From positions 1-49,664 of the forward strand of contig JAULYI010000102.1 of the NCBI GenBank assembly GCA_032117915.1: a stretch of DNA of 49,664 nucleotides, written 5' to 3'. The translations under genes were made by a program, and so were the position numbers. The number at the start of each line of letters is the position of its first letter. Positions within the stretch are counted from its first letter, which is position 1. The notes under the pieces are model-generated. The model had not been told where the DNA came from. It made no database searches and saw only the letters and a list, made by a program, of their open reading frames with translations. Origin of the DNA: Candidatus Kapaibacterium sp. GTDB lineage: Bacteria > Bacteroidota > Ignavibacteria > Kapaibacteriales > Kapaibacteriaceae. Below, one piece after another: positions 35,816 through 45,263 of the stretch.

Positions 35816-36811
35816 ATGTCCCTCGACTACAAGCAATCAGGTGTCGACATCCATGCCGGTGAGGCACTGGTCGATCGTATCAAGCCCTTCGTAAAGGCAA
35901 CGCGCACACCAGGTGTGCTTTCCGAGATCGGTCTCTTCGGCGGTCTGTTCGACGGACGCTTCCCGTCGCTCGACCATCCCGTTCTTGTTGCCAGTACCGA
36001 CGGCGTTGGTACAAAGCTGAAGGTCGCCATTATGGCGAACAAGCATGACACTGTTGGCCAATGCCTGGTGAATCACTGTGTGAACGATATCCTGGCCTGT
36101 GGTGCCCGTCCGCTGTTCTTCCTCGATTACTTCGCCACCGGACGTCTTGCGACGGATACGGCTGCCGATGTGATCAAGGGTATGGCACAGGCCTGTACAG
36201 AAAACGGCGCAGCCCTGCTGGGCGGCGAGACCGCGGAAATGCCATCCATGTATGCCGACGGCGAATACGACGTCGCAGGTACCATCGTTGGCGTGGTCGA
36301 TAAGGCACGCATCCTGAACGGCGACCGCGTAGCGGTCGGCAACGTCCTGATCGGTCTGCCCTCAACGGGCCTCCACACGAACGGCTACTCGCTTGCTCGC
36401 GCAGCGCTGTTCCCGACGTATAGCGTCGATCAACACCTTGACGAACTCGGAACGACTGTCGGTGAAGCACTGCTTGCTGTGCATCGTAGCTATTACCCAC
36501 TTGTATGGCCACTGCTTGAAGACGGAATCCTAAATGGAATCTCTCACGTCACAGGCGGCGGCCTTGTAGGCAATACGTCGCGAGTGTTGCGCGAGGGAAT
36601 GGCTCTTGATGTACAGTGGGGCACGTGGCCCGAACCCGCCATCTTCGACGTGATCCGCAAGGCGGGCACGATTGCGGAGGAGGAAATGCGCCATGTCTTC
36701 AACCTTGGTGTGGGCCTTGTCCTTCTTGTAGACGAGCAGCATGCTGCGACCGTCATGTCACGCCTTGCTGCGGCCTCGCCCTTTGTGGTGGGTCGAGTCA
36801 TCGCATCCTGA
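35816..36811 (+). CDS. purM: Phosphoribosylformylglycinamidine cyclo-ligase (AIR synthetase)
   Basis: Motifs YKQSGVDIHAGEALVDRIK, GLFGG, STDGVGTKL, DYFATG, GGETAEMP and HVTGGGL. Confidence 0.93.
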   Translation: MSLDYKQSGVDIHAGEALVDRIKPFVKATRTPGVLSEIGLFGGLFDGRFPSLDHPVLVASTDGVGTKLKVAIMANKHDTVGQCLVNHCVNDILACGARPLFFLDYFATGRLATDTAADVIKGMAQACTENGAALLGGETAEMPSMYADGEYDVAGTIVGVVDKARILNGDRVAVGNVLIGLPSTGLHTNGYSLARAALFPTYSVDQHLDELGTTVGEALLAVHRSYYPLVWPLLEDGILNGISHVTGGGLVGNTSRVLREGMALDVQWGTWPEPAIFDVIRKAGTIAEEEMRHVFNLGVGLVLLVDEQHAATVMSRLAAASPFVVGRVIAS

Positions 36812-36844
36812 TCGCTGCGTCCTCGGACGCCTCCGGTGCCATCC

Positions 36845-39460
36845 ATGTCCACGGAACTTCCCATCGAGCGCGCACGGCGCCAGCTGAACGAGACCTTCGG
36901 ATATGCCTCGTTTCGGCCGGGACAGTCCGAGGCTATCAGTGCTGTGCTGAACGGACAGGATGTTGTGGCCGTGATGCCAACCGGTGGCGGTAAGTCGCTC
37001 TGCTATCAGATCCCGGCCCTACAGCTGCCTCATGTCACGCTCGTAGTGTCGCCCCTGATCGCGCTGATGCGCGACCAGGTGGACCGCTTGCTGCAGCGCG
37101 GCGTGCGCGCCGCTGCCATCCACTCCGGTATGGAGCAGGGAAGCATCAATAACGTCATCGCCGAGGTAGCCCGCGGAGAGGTACAGTTGCTGTACGTCGC
37201 CCCGGAGCGCCTCGAGTCAACCACCTTTCGGCGTCAGCTTAGCACCGTACCCTTGTCGCTACTTGCCGTCGACGAGGCGCATTGCATCAGCGAATGGGGC
37301 CATGACTTTCGTCCGTCCTACCAGTCCATCGCTACGCTGTTCGACGAACGTCCGCGCGTACCGATCCTGGCCGTAACAGCCACAGCAACGCCCGATGTTC
37401 GACAGGATATCGTGCGCTCGCTCAAGCTCCAGCGACCCGTCGAGATCGTCCGCGGCTTTGACCGTCCAAACCTGGCATTCAGCGTTGTCGATACGCCCTT
37501 CAAGGTCGAGCATATCACGCAGATGGCACGGACCTTCCCTAACGACATCATGATCGTCTACTGCGGCTCGCGTAAACGCGTCGAGTCAACTGCCGAAGAT
37601 CTTCAGCGTCGCGGCCTTCGGGCCGAGGCCTATCACGCTGGTCTGGCCGATGCCGTCCGTGGTGACGTGCAGGACCGTTTCCTTGACGGAACGATCAAGA
37701 TCCTTGTTGCGACCAATGCCTTTGGTATGGGGGTTGACAAAGCGGACGTTCGCCATGTGATCCATACCGACTTCACGCTCACGCTCGAGGCCTACTACCA
37801 GGAGGCCGGTCGTGCCGGACGTGACGGCGCTCCATCGACCTGTACACTCCTCGTGCAGCAGGAAGACCGTCGTCTGATGGACTTCTTCATCGAGAGCTCG
37901 TATCCGGCAGCAACGACCATTCAAGCCGTGTATCACCATCTCTACGAGCGTTTAGGTATCGGAGTAGGGCAGGGGGCAGGGAACACGCTGATGGCCGATG
38001 CTTCTAGCATCGGTGCTGCGCTGACGCTACCCGTGATAACGGTGAACGGAGTGCTTACGATGCTTGAACGTGCCGGTGCTATCGTGCGAACAAGTCAACA
38101 TGGCACTGCCCGCATTCGTCTGCGCACATCGGTCGCTCGACTGAACGAGCTGGCTACGAGGGCACGCCCCGAGAGGGCAGCGGTGCTGGATGCGCTTGTG
38201 CGACGCATCGGCGGACGTGGACCTGATGACCACATCGATATCGAAGTCGGCGAGATGCTGCGCCGCAGCGGAGCAACGATCAACGAGTTTGCCGAAACAA
38301 TGGCGGCACTGCAGCAGTCACGGCTTATCACCTACACACCGCCGGCCGCCCAAGGATCGCTCACCATCCTGGCCAACAGAGACCGCCAAGCGCCTATCGA
38401 CCTCGACGATCTGCGGCGACGTCGAGAGCATGCCCAGCAGAAGTTTGACGTGATGATCCGCTACGCAGCCGCTTCGGCCTGTAAACGCAACTTCATTCTC
38501 AGTCACTTCGGTGATCCGTCGATCGACGGAGTGTGCGGACGCTGTTCGTCATGCAACGGTGTCACACAGGCACCGCCACTCACGGATCGTCAGCTCAACG
38601 TCGTGATGTCCGTCATCCGCACAGCGTATCAACTCGGTGGACGGTTCGGCAAGCAGGTGATCGCCGACGTGCTCACCGGAACGGCTACACCAAGAATTCA
38701 GCAGTACTCCCTCGATCGTTGCGATGACTTCGGGGCCATGCGAACCGTCGGCCGACGCGAGATCCTGGACGGTATCGACGCTGCACTTGCACGGAACTAT
38801 ATCGCCCAGGCATCGGGGATGTATCCCGTGCTGGGAACAACAGACGAGGGTGCTCGGTTTATCGGACGCCTTCCCCGGCAGATCGCCATTGAATGGCAGC
38901 GCCGGACGGCGTCGCCCGCGCTGATCGCCGCCCTACGCGAAGCGCGAGAGCGTTGGGCACTCCGTGATGGAGCCACGGGCTCCGCCCTGGTCTCGCTCGA
39001 AGAACTCGAGCAGATCGCCGTAGACAGTCCGCAGACACGTGCCGAGCTGATTCCCGGACGCCATGGTAGCGCCGCCTTCATCGAGCGCTACGGCGATGAT
39101 GTCATCCGGGTGATCATAGGTGACGGCGTAAAGGCCGTCCCCAAGACAATAATCGATCCGGAGATCCTTCGGTTGGTCGAGCTCGTAACACCCGGGGCAA
39201 CGCTGCGTGATGTAGCGCGCCAAGCGCGCGCAACTCCTGCTGCGGCAGCGCATGCGTTGGAACGTGCTGTACGGTCGGGTGTGTTGTCTGATCGTGGTTC
39301 TCTGGTCTCTGACGAGCTCTACGAGCAAGTGGCGAACTACCTGCGATACCACCGGCGCAGCGGAATGCGCGATGTTATCAACCATCTTGGTGGTGACGTC
39401 GACCTGCCGGCACTTCGCGTGGCCATAGCTCTTGTTCGGCGTAACCTTTACAACGAGTAA
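36845..39460 (+). CDS. recQ: RecQ-family ATP-dependent DNA helicase with long insertion and C-terminal extension
   Basis: Motifs FGYASFRPGQSEAISAVLNGQDVVAVMPTGGGKSLCYQIPAL, DEAHCISEWGHDFRPSY, TATAT, VATNAFGMGVDKADVRHVIH and YYQEAGRAGRDG. A Zn-finger-like ACKRNFILSHFGD...CGRCSSC and HRDC-like C-terminal segments follow. ATG 36845 (GTG 36836 is possible). Confidence 0.9.
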   Translation: MSTELPIERARRQLNETFGYASFRPGQSEAISAVLNGQDVVAVMPTGGGKSLCYQIPALQLPHVTLVVSPLIALMRDQVDRLLQRGVRAAAIHSGMEQGSINNVIAEVARGEVQLLYVAPERLESTTFRRQLSTVPLSLLAVDEAHCISEWGHDFRPSYQSIATLFDERPRVPILAVTATATPDVRQDIVRSLKLQRPVEIVRGFDRPNLAFSVVDTPFKVEHITQMARTFPNDIMIVYCGSRKRVESTAEDLQRRGLRAEAYHAGLADAVRGDVQDRFLDGTIKILVATNAFGMGVDKADVRHVIHTDFTLTLEAYYQEAGRAGRDGAPSTCTLLVQQEDRRLMDFFIESSYPAATTIQAVYHHLYERLGIGVGQGAGNTLMADASSIGAALTLPVITVNGVLTMLERAGAIVRTSQHGTARIRLRTSVARLNELATRARPERAAVLDALVRRIGGRGPDDHIDIEVGEMLRRSGATINEFAETMAALQQSRLITYTPPAAQGSLTILANRDRQAPIDLDDLRRRREHAQQKFDVMIRYAAASACKRNFILSHFGDPSIDGVCGRCSSCNGVTQAPPLTDRQLNVVMSVIRTAYQLGGRFGKQVIADVLTGTATPRIQQYSLDRCDDFGAMRTVGRREILDGIDAALARNYIAQASGMYPVLGTTDEGARFIGRLPRQIAIEWQRRTASPALIAALREARERWALRDGATGSALVSLEELEQIAVDSPQTRAELIPGRHGSAAFIERYGDDVIRVIIGDGVKAVPKTIIDPEILRLVELVTPGATLRDVARQARATPAAAAHALERAVRSGVLSDRGSLVSDELYEQVANYLRYHRRSGMRDVINHLGGDVDLPALRVAIALVRRNLYNE

Positions 39461-39468
39461 CTTCCACC

Positions 39469-42400
39469 ATGATGCAACGATTGTTGACCGGTCTGTACTT
39501 CCTGCTGTCCGCTGTGACCGTGCAGGCAGGGGAGAGCTACATCGTGATGCTTCGTGATGGTGCTCAGCCAACAGCCGCTATGCGATCCTACGTTCGGCCC
39601 GTTGTTGCCGCGAGCGGCAAGCAGGTTGACGCCGTACAGCGCGCAGCGCTGGCTCCGCTGCAGCGCTTCGCAATCGTCGAAGTCCCCGATACCATCAGCA
39701 TGTCGCTCGACGACGTCGCCTCGATGCCATGGGTTGAAGCTGCCTATCCCAACAGGAAAATCCCGCTGCATTGCCTTGAACCGGAACCGGTTCCCAATCC
39801 GACGGATAGTGTACCACGTCCGTACGGTCTAAGCATCATCGGCGCAAGCAAAGCATGGACGATGGCCACCGGAGATGGTGTCGTTGTCGGCATCATTGAC
39901 ACAGGTATCGAGTGGTGGCATCCCAGTCTGGCCGCGCAGTTGTGGGTGAATCCCGCCGAAGATGCGAACGGTAACGGCACCTTCGAATTTTGGGATGCTA
40001 GCACTGAAGATGACGGCGTGTTTGGTGATCTCGATGGTATCGATAACGACGGCAATGGATACATCGATGACGTGATCGGATACGACTTCGAAGACAAGAC
40101 GTTCCGCAATGTGGATGACGACTCGCTGCGCGACGAACGCGTTGACGACCGACAGGGACACGGCACGTCGGTCGCCGGCGTGGTGGCTGCGATTGACACG
40201 AACGGCAACGTTCCGGTTGGTCTGGCCTACGACGCGCGTCTGATGACCCTTCGTGCGTTTGACGTTACCGGCAATGCCGAAGAAGACGACATCGCCGCGG
40301 CGCTGCTCTATGCAGCCATGAACGGTGCACACGTCGTGAACATGAGCTTTGGCGACGGCGTCGATTCGCCGCTGCTGCGCGCAGCCGTCAAGGCCGCTGC
40401 AGATATGGGGTGCATCCTTGTGGCGTCGGCAGGCAACACCGGAACAACATCACGACAGTATCCGGCATCGTATGACGACGTGATCGCCGTGGCCGCGACG
40501 AATGAGCGTGATGTTCGAGCACCATTCTCCAGTACAGGATCGACCGTTCGTATCGCTGCACCCGGACAGTCTATCGTGACCACGGCCATTGGAAGAGGCT
40601 ACCGCACCGTCAGCGGAACGTCCTTTGCCGCACCCTACGTGGCCGCCGCTGCAGCACTGCTAAAGGAGCGGCATCCGTCGTGGACGGCACGCGAGATCCT
40701 GTCGACGTTGCGCGAGACCAGCGTAGACCTTGGTGAGTCGGGCTGGGACCCGCTTCACGGTGACGGACGCCTGCAGGCCGACGCGGCCCTTCGGGCCGCC
40801 GGAGCCGCCACGATCGGCATCACCCGTCCCGGGAACGAACAGGAGATCGACCTTCGTAAGACCGACACGCTGCGCGTGATCGGTTCGGCCGTAAGCACCG
40901 TCTTCGCCGGCTATGAGGTCCGCCTGGGCAGAGGCGTCGAACCGTCAACGTGGGACGTCATCGCGACGTCACAGCAGCAGCGTCTGGACACAACGCTTGC
41001 CGTGATCGCCGCAGACCAACTCGCGCCGGGACCGTACGTGATTGCCCTTCGCGTGATCACGCGTAGCGGTCGTGCGCTTGAAGACCGTAAGCGCATCACC
41101 GTGGTGGACACGTCGCTGACCTTCGTTTCCACCGACGTGGTCCGCGCCTGGAACGGCAACCGCCGCGCCCTGGTGCTGACGGCCAAGACGAGTCGTCCGT
41201 CGCTCCTGAAGGTACACGTCATCAAGGGCACCGATACCGTACGAACCGTGGTAGATCAGATGCGTCGCACACGGACGCACAGCCTGACGCTCGATGATCT
41301 GCCAACGCGGACGGCCCTGCTGCTCCGCTTGGAAGCGATCGGTGACGCTGGAGATACCGCGCGGACGTCCGTTCCTGCGACGCTCGTTGATGAAGTTGCA
41401 CCGGCATCCACGTACCAGATTCTCTTTACATCTACGCGGTTCACTGGATACGTGCTGAACGACGTGCGCGACGTCTATGGCGATGGAAGCCGCACGATAC
41501 TCGTTACCGACCTCAGTGATGGTGCCTTCGGTTCACTGGAGGCGTACAACGCGCCTGCCATACCCGCAGACACCTTCAATCCGGGATGGAAGCGATTAGG
41601 TCATCGAACAACTACTACGTGGATACCGCGCGGTGTGGGCGACGCCAATGGCGACGGCATCGTGGATATTCTCTGCCACGTCGTGGGCCGTACGGCGTTG
41701 TTCCAGGCGGCCACACGTGGAGGTTCACCCTTCGAGCGGACGATCTTCGTTGACACGCTGTCGGGTAACCTGCAGGCAGCAGCCATGGCCGATATCACGG
41801 GCGACGGACGCGAAGAACTCCTGTGCATCACCGATAGTGGTCTCGTAGCACTTTCATTCAACGGCACACAGTTCGTACAGATCGGTCATGTGCCCAATAC
41901 AACGCCCCCTGCACCAGGCAATGCCGACAATCGATACGACGAGATCACGGCGGCAGCAGGGGATTTTGACGGCGACGGACGAGTTGAAGTCGCGTTTGCC
42001 GATACCGACGGCGACCTGGTGATCGGCGAGTGGACGGGAACGGGCATGCGCGTTGAAGCAACCTTCGAGCACGACGGTCAGGGCGGCTCGGGATACGTGA
42101 TGGCCCATGACGTTGACAATGACGGCAGGAAAGAGGTCTTTCTGGGCGTGCCTGATTCCGTGACGGCTAATGCCGAGAACGAGTACGGCAGACAGCTCTG
42201 GACCTATCGCATGTTCCGGGGACTGGGTAACGATGACATCCGCCTTGCTTGGGTTGAGCACTACGCCGGCCTTCGCTATGGCATGGGCTACCGCAATGGG
42301 CTCGATGGCGGACAGCTCGATGGAAGCGGTGGCAGCGAGATCGCCTTGTGTATGTATCCGAACATGTACGTGTACACGTGGGACAGCACAAAGCAGACGC

Positions 42401-43740
42401 TACGTCCGATCTGGTATGCCGGCGATGCCGCATCACCGCGCATGATCTTCGGTGATCATGATGGCAATGGAACACCCGATCTGCTCTATGGCCAGACGAC
42501 CTTTCAACGTGGACGGATCGAGAATGGTATCATGACGCGTATGGCTGTTGTCCAGGCCGATGTGTTCGCGAGGACCGATCAGCCCCGCGTTCGCATAGTT
42601 GGCCGAACGAATGCGGAGGTCACGTGGAGACCAGTACCCCGCGCAGTGTCTTACACAGCGACCCTTGCTACGTTCGACACTGTAACAAGCCTGCAGACAT
42701 TTGAAGGGGTCGCTGGAACATCTATACAGTTTGACACGCTACGGCCGGGGGTGCGCTATCGATTCTATGTCACACCAGTGATCCCCGGTGACACGATGAC
42801 CTTCAGGAGCCAGGTGTTTTTCACCATGCCTGTTGTTTCGAAACCCGTGTCGATCGATCCCGACACGATCACGCGTGACCAGCTACGGCGAGGTGCGAGC
42901 TTCCGTGTGGTGTACAACGCCACGGTCGTGCCCGACGAAGCCGAGCGATCGCTCATCGAGATGGAAGTCGTACGCGAGGTTAGCGAGGAGAACGTACGTC
43001 CTACGCTGGTACAGGTGCTCGGACAGTCGAGCGTGAACGTCGTGTTTCCTCCGTTGGACGCTGAAGGCGTCGAGTTCCTGAGCGTTGGCCTGCCGGAGGT
43101 GCCGCTACGTGTAGACAGTGCTACGCCGCAGTGGGTGTTCCCCATCACCATCATCGACGAAGCTGTGCCGGAGATGTACTTACGGAACATCGTCGTGGAA
43201 TCGCCGGAACGCATCAAGCTTACCTATTCCGAGCCCATCGATCCCGTAACGGCTGCCGATCTCGCCAACTATTCGCTGTCACCGTTCGGTACCATCAGGA
43301 CCGTTGCCGCAGCCGGTGCCGATAACGTTCAGATCACCTTCGACGGAAACCGTACGATCGGTGCTCGCGGTATCACCTACTACATCACGGTTCGTGACGT
43401 CAAGGCCGCATCCGGCAGGGAGATCACGAAGGGGGCAGGGAATACGCTGGGCTTTGCCTTCACGGCAGAGGATCTGGCCGACGTCTACGTGTATCCGCAT
43501 CCAGTGCGGCTTGCGACCGATGAGACGGTGACGTTTGCTAATCTTCCGGCCTCTGCATCTGTAGAGATCCTGGACCAGCGATTCTCCGTTGTACGGATGC
43601 TACGCGAGACCGACGCCAACGGCGGTGTGGCCTGGGACCTTCGTACTGATGCCGATCAGCAGGTGCCGCCGGGTATCTACTTCTATCGCGTCCAGGGCCA
43701 GGGCGATGACGTTCTGGGCAAACTGGTTATCAATCGCTGA
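39469..43740 (+). CDS. S8 (subtilisin-like) serine peptidase fused to FG-GAP/VCBS repeats, fn3 and Ig-like modules and a T9SS C-terminal sorting domain
   Basis: A signal peptide and an I9-like propeptide (YIVMLRDG...), then the catalytic residues D (VVVGIIDTGI), H (GHGTSVAGVVAA), N (ASAGNTG) and S (SGTSFAAPYVAAAAALL). FG-GAP-like repeats are GDANGDGIVDIL, DITGDGREELL, GDFDGDGRVEVAF, HDVDNDGRKEVF and GDHDGNGTPDLL. The C-terminus VYPHPVRL...PPGIYFYRVQG...KLVINR is a T9SS sorting domain. Confidence 0.9.
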   Translation: MMQRLLTGLYFLLSAVTVQAGESYIVMLRDGAQPTAAMRSYVRPVVAASGKQVDAVQRAALAPLQRFAIVEVPDTISMSLDDVASMPWVEAAYPNRKIPLHCLEPEPVPNPTDSVPRPYGLSIIGASKAWTMATGDGVVVGIIDTGIEWWHPSLAAQLWVNPAEDANGNGTFEFWDASTEDDGVFGDLDGIDNDGNGYIDDVIGYDFEDKTFRNVDDDSLRDERVDDRQGHGTSVAGVVAAIDTNGNVPVGLAYDARLMTLRAFDVTGNAEEDDIAAALLYAAMNGAHVVNMSFGDGVDSPLLRAAVKAAADMGCILVASAGNTGTTSRQYPASYDDVIAVAATNERDVRAPFSSTGSTVRIAAPGQSIVTTAIGRGYRTVSGTSFAAPYVAAAAALLKERHPSWTAREILSTLRETSVDLGESGWDPLHGDGRLQADAALRAAGAATIGITRPGNEQEIDLRKTDTLRVIGSAVSTVFAGYEVRLGRGVEPSTWDVIATSQQQRLDTTLAVIAADQLAPGPYVIALRVITRSGRALEDRKRITVVDTSLTFVSTDVVRAWNGNRRALVLTAKTSRPSLLKVHVIKGTDTVRTVVDQMRRTRTHSLTLDDLPTRTALLLRLEAIGDAGDTARTSVPATLVDEVAPASTYQILFTSTRFTGYVLNDVRDVYGDGSRTILVTDLSDGAFGSLEAYNAPAIPADTFNPGWKRLGHRTTTTWIPRGVGDANGDGIVDILCHVVGRTALFQAATRGGSPFERTIFVDTLSGNLQAAAMADITGDGREELLCITDSGLVALSFNGTQFVQIGHVPNTTPPAPGNADNRYDEITAAAGDFDGDGRVEVAFADTDGDLVIGEWTGTGMRVEATFEHDGQGGSGYVMAHDVDNDGRKEVFLGVPDSVTANAENEYGRQLWTYRMFRGLGNDDIRLAWVEHYAGLRYGMGYRNGLDGGQLDGSGGSEIALCMYPNMYVYTWDSTKQTLRPIWYAGDAASPRMIFGDHDGNGTPDLLYGQTTFQRGRIENGIMTRMAVVQADVFARTDQPRVRIVGRTNAEVTWRPVPRAVSYTATLATFDTVTSLQTFEGVAGTSIQFDTLRPGVRYRFYVTPVIPGDTMTFRSQVFFTMPVVSKPVSIDPDTITRDQLRRGASFRVVYNATVVPDEAERSLIEMEVVREVSEENVRPTLVQVLGQSSVNVVFPPLDAEGVEFLSVGLPEVPLRVDSATPQWVFPITIIDEAVPEMYLRNIVVESPERIKLTYSEPIDPVTAADLANYSLSPFGTIRTVAAAGADNVQITFDGNRTIGARGITYYITVRDVKAASGREITKGAGNTLGFAFTAEDLADVYVYPHPVRLATDETVTFANLPASASVEILDQRFSVVRMLRETDANGGVAWDLRTDADQQVPPGIYFYRVQGQGDDVLGKLVINR

Positions 43741-43742
43741 AC

Positions 43743-45176
43743 TCAGCCCTGCGCCTGCAGCATTCGGCGCAGGCCACCGACATTGCCGTTACTCAGGATG
43801 GCAACAACATCGCCGGGGCACGCCCACGACTCGAGCAGCCGCAGCACGTCAGAACCCCAAGACGGATCATCGGCGCGCGGTGACGGTACGGCATGAGCCG
43901 TGATGCCGCGTGAAGTAAGCTCGTGTACAAGCCGTACCGTATCAAGGCGGTCGTGCTCGGCATACCGTTCCGGACGATGCACGGGGCCGATTGCGACGCA
44001 TGCAGCGCCATCAAAGCACGACGCCAGTTCATCCTGGAAGAAGGCACGCGTTGTAGTGTTCGACCGTGGTTCGAAGCAGGCCACGATGCGACGTCCCGGA
44101 TAGCGCTGTTGTAGTGCACGCATCGTAGCGGCGATCGCAGTCGGATGATGCGCAAAGTCATCAACGACCGTGCAGCCGTTCCACACGGCGATCTCTTCAA
44201 GGCGGCGCTTGGGAAGTCTGTAGGTGTCAAGACCCTGCTGTTGCTCCTGTGGCGTTAACCCAAGCCTTGCCGTAGCAGCGATGGCCATTGTGCAGTTACG
44301 CACGCTGTGTTCGCCGGGCATGGTCGTTCGGAACGTGCCGTAGGCCTCGTCGTTATGCAGGAGTGTCCACGTGCTGTTTGTCTCGCCAAGATCGAGCTCT
44401 ACGATGCGCCATTGCCCCTTCTCGCCGGTGGTAACGTGCTCTACGGGTGCATAGGAGCGGGCTGCTGCGGCAAGGGAGTTGGGGTCGTCGGCATTGACAA
44501 GGACAATGCCGGACGAGGGAACGATGCGCACGACCTGTTCGAATGATCGGATGATGGCGCTCAGGTCTTGAAAGATGTCGGCATGATCGAACTCGATGTT
44601 GTTGATCACGGCGATGGTTGGACGGTAGTGGACGAATTTGCTGCGTTTGTCGAAGAAGGCTGTATCGTACTCGTCGCCCTCACTCACGAAGACGCCTGAC
44701 GCAGTGTTGTGCAGGTCTGAAGGAACGGGTCTGCAGCCGACGTCGAAGTTGCCTGGCACACCGCCGATCAGGAAGCCGGGATGACGTCCGCTGTGTTCCA
44801 GCAGCCACGTTGTGATCGATGATGTGGTGGTCTTACCGTGGGTGCCGGTGATGACGATCGACGTATTCCGATCGATGAACGTCGAGCCGACCAGGCCGGC
44901 CATGGACGTCATGGGTAGTCGATGGTCGAGCACATATTCGAGTTCCGGATTGCCGCGGCTGATGGCATTGCCGATGATCACCAGGTCGGGCTGGCTGGCC
45001 ACAAGGCGTTCAGCGGAGTAGCCTTCGTACCATTGGATTCCTGCATTCGCAAGCACGTCGGACATGGGCGGATAGAGTGCTGTATCGCTCCCGGTAACGT
45101 GATGTCCGGCTGCTGCGCTGGCAACGGCAACAGAGCCCATGGCGGATCCGCCAATCCCTACAAAGTGGAGTCGCAT
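43743..45176 (-). CDS. mpl: UDP-N-acetylmuramate:L-Ala-gamma-D-Glu-meso-DAP ligase (murein peptide ligase)
   Basis: MRLHFVGIGGSAMGSVAVASAAAGHHVTGSDTALYPPMSDVL matches Mpl rather than MurC. Also ITGTHGKTTTSS (P-loop) and DDFAHHPTAI. Confidence 0.85.
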   Translation of the reverse strand: MRLHFVGIGGSAMGSVAVASAAAGHHVTGSDTALYPPMSDVLANAGIQWYEGYSAERLVASQPDLVIIGNAISRGNPELEYVLDHRLPMTSMAGLVGSTFIDRNTSIVITGTHGKTTTSSITTWLLEHSGRHPGFLIGGVPGNFDVGCRPVPSDLHNTASGVFVSEGDEYDTAFFDKRSKFVHYRPTIAVINNIEFDHADIFQDLSAIIRSFEQVVRIVPSSGIVLVNADDPNSLAAAARSYAPVEHVTTGEKGQWRIVELDLGETNSTWTLLHNDEAYGTFRTTMPGEHSVRNCTMAIAATARLGLTPQEQQQGLDTYRLPKRRLEEIAVWNGCTVVDDFAHHPTAIAATMRALQQRYPGRRIVACFEPRSNTTTRAFFQDELASCFDGAACVAIGPVHRPERYAEHDRLDTVRLVHELTSRGITAHAVPSPRADDPSWGSDVLRLLESWACPGDVVAILSNGNVGGLRRMLQAQG

Positions 45177-45263
45177 TGCAAATGGTTAGGGAGTGAGAAT
45201 GTGGTAATTTGTCTGGCCGGTGAAAATACTCAAACCCATTCCCACAGTCGTTGTGGCTACCGT

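Noticed and set aside
43741-43800. Hairpin ctgcgcc...ggcgcag just past the S8 protease stop as its terminator
   Set aside because: It lies inside the 3' end of the convergent mpl coding sequence (the two stops are 2 nt apart), has only a 7-bp stem and lacks a T-tract. That is insufficient support for a call.
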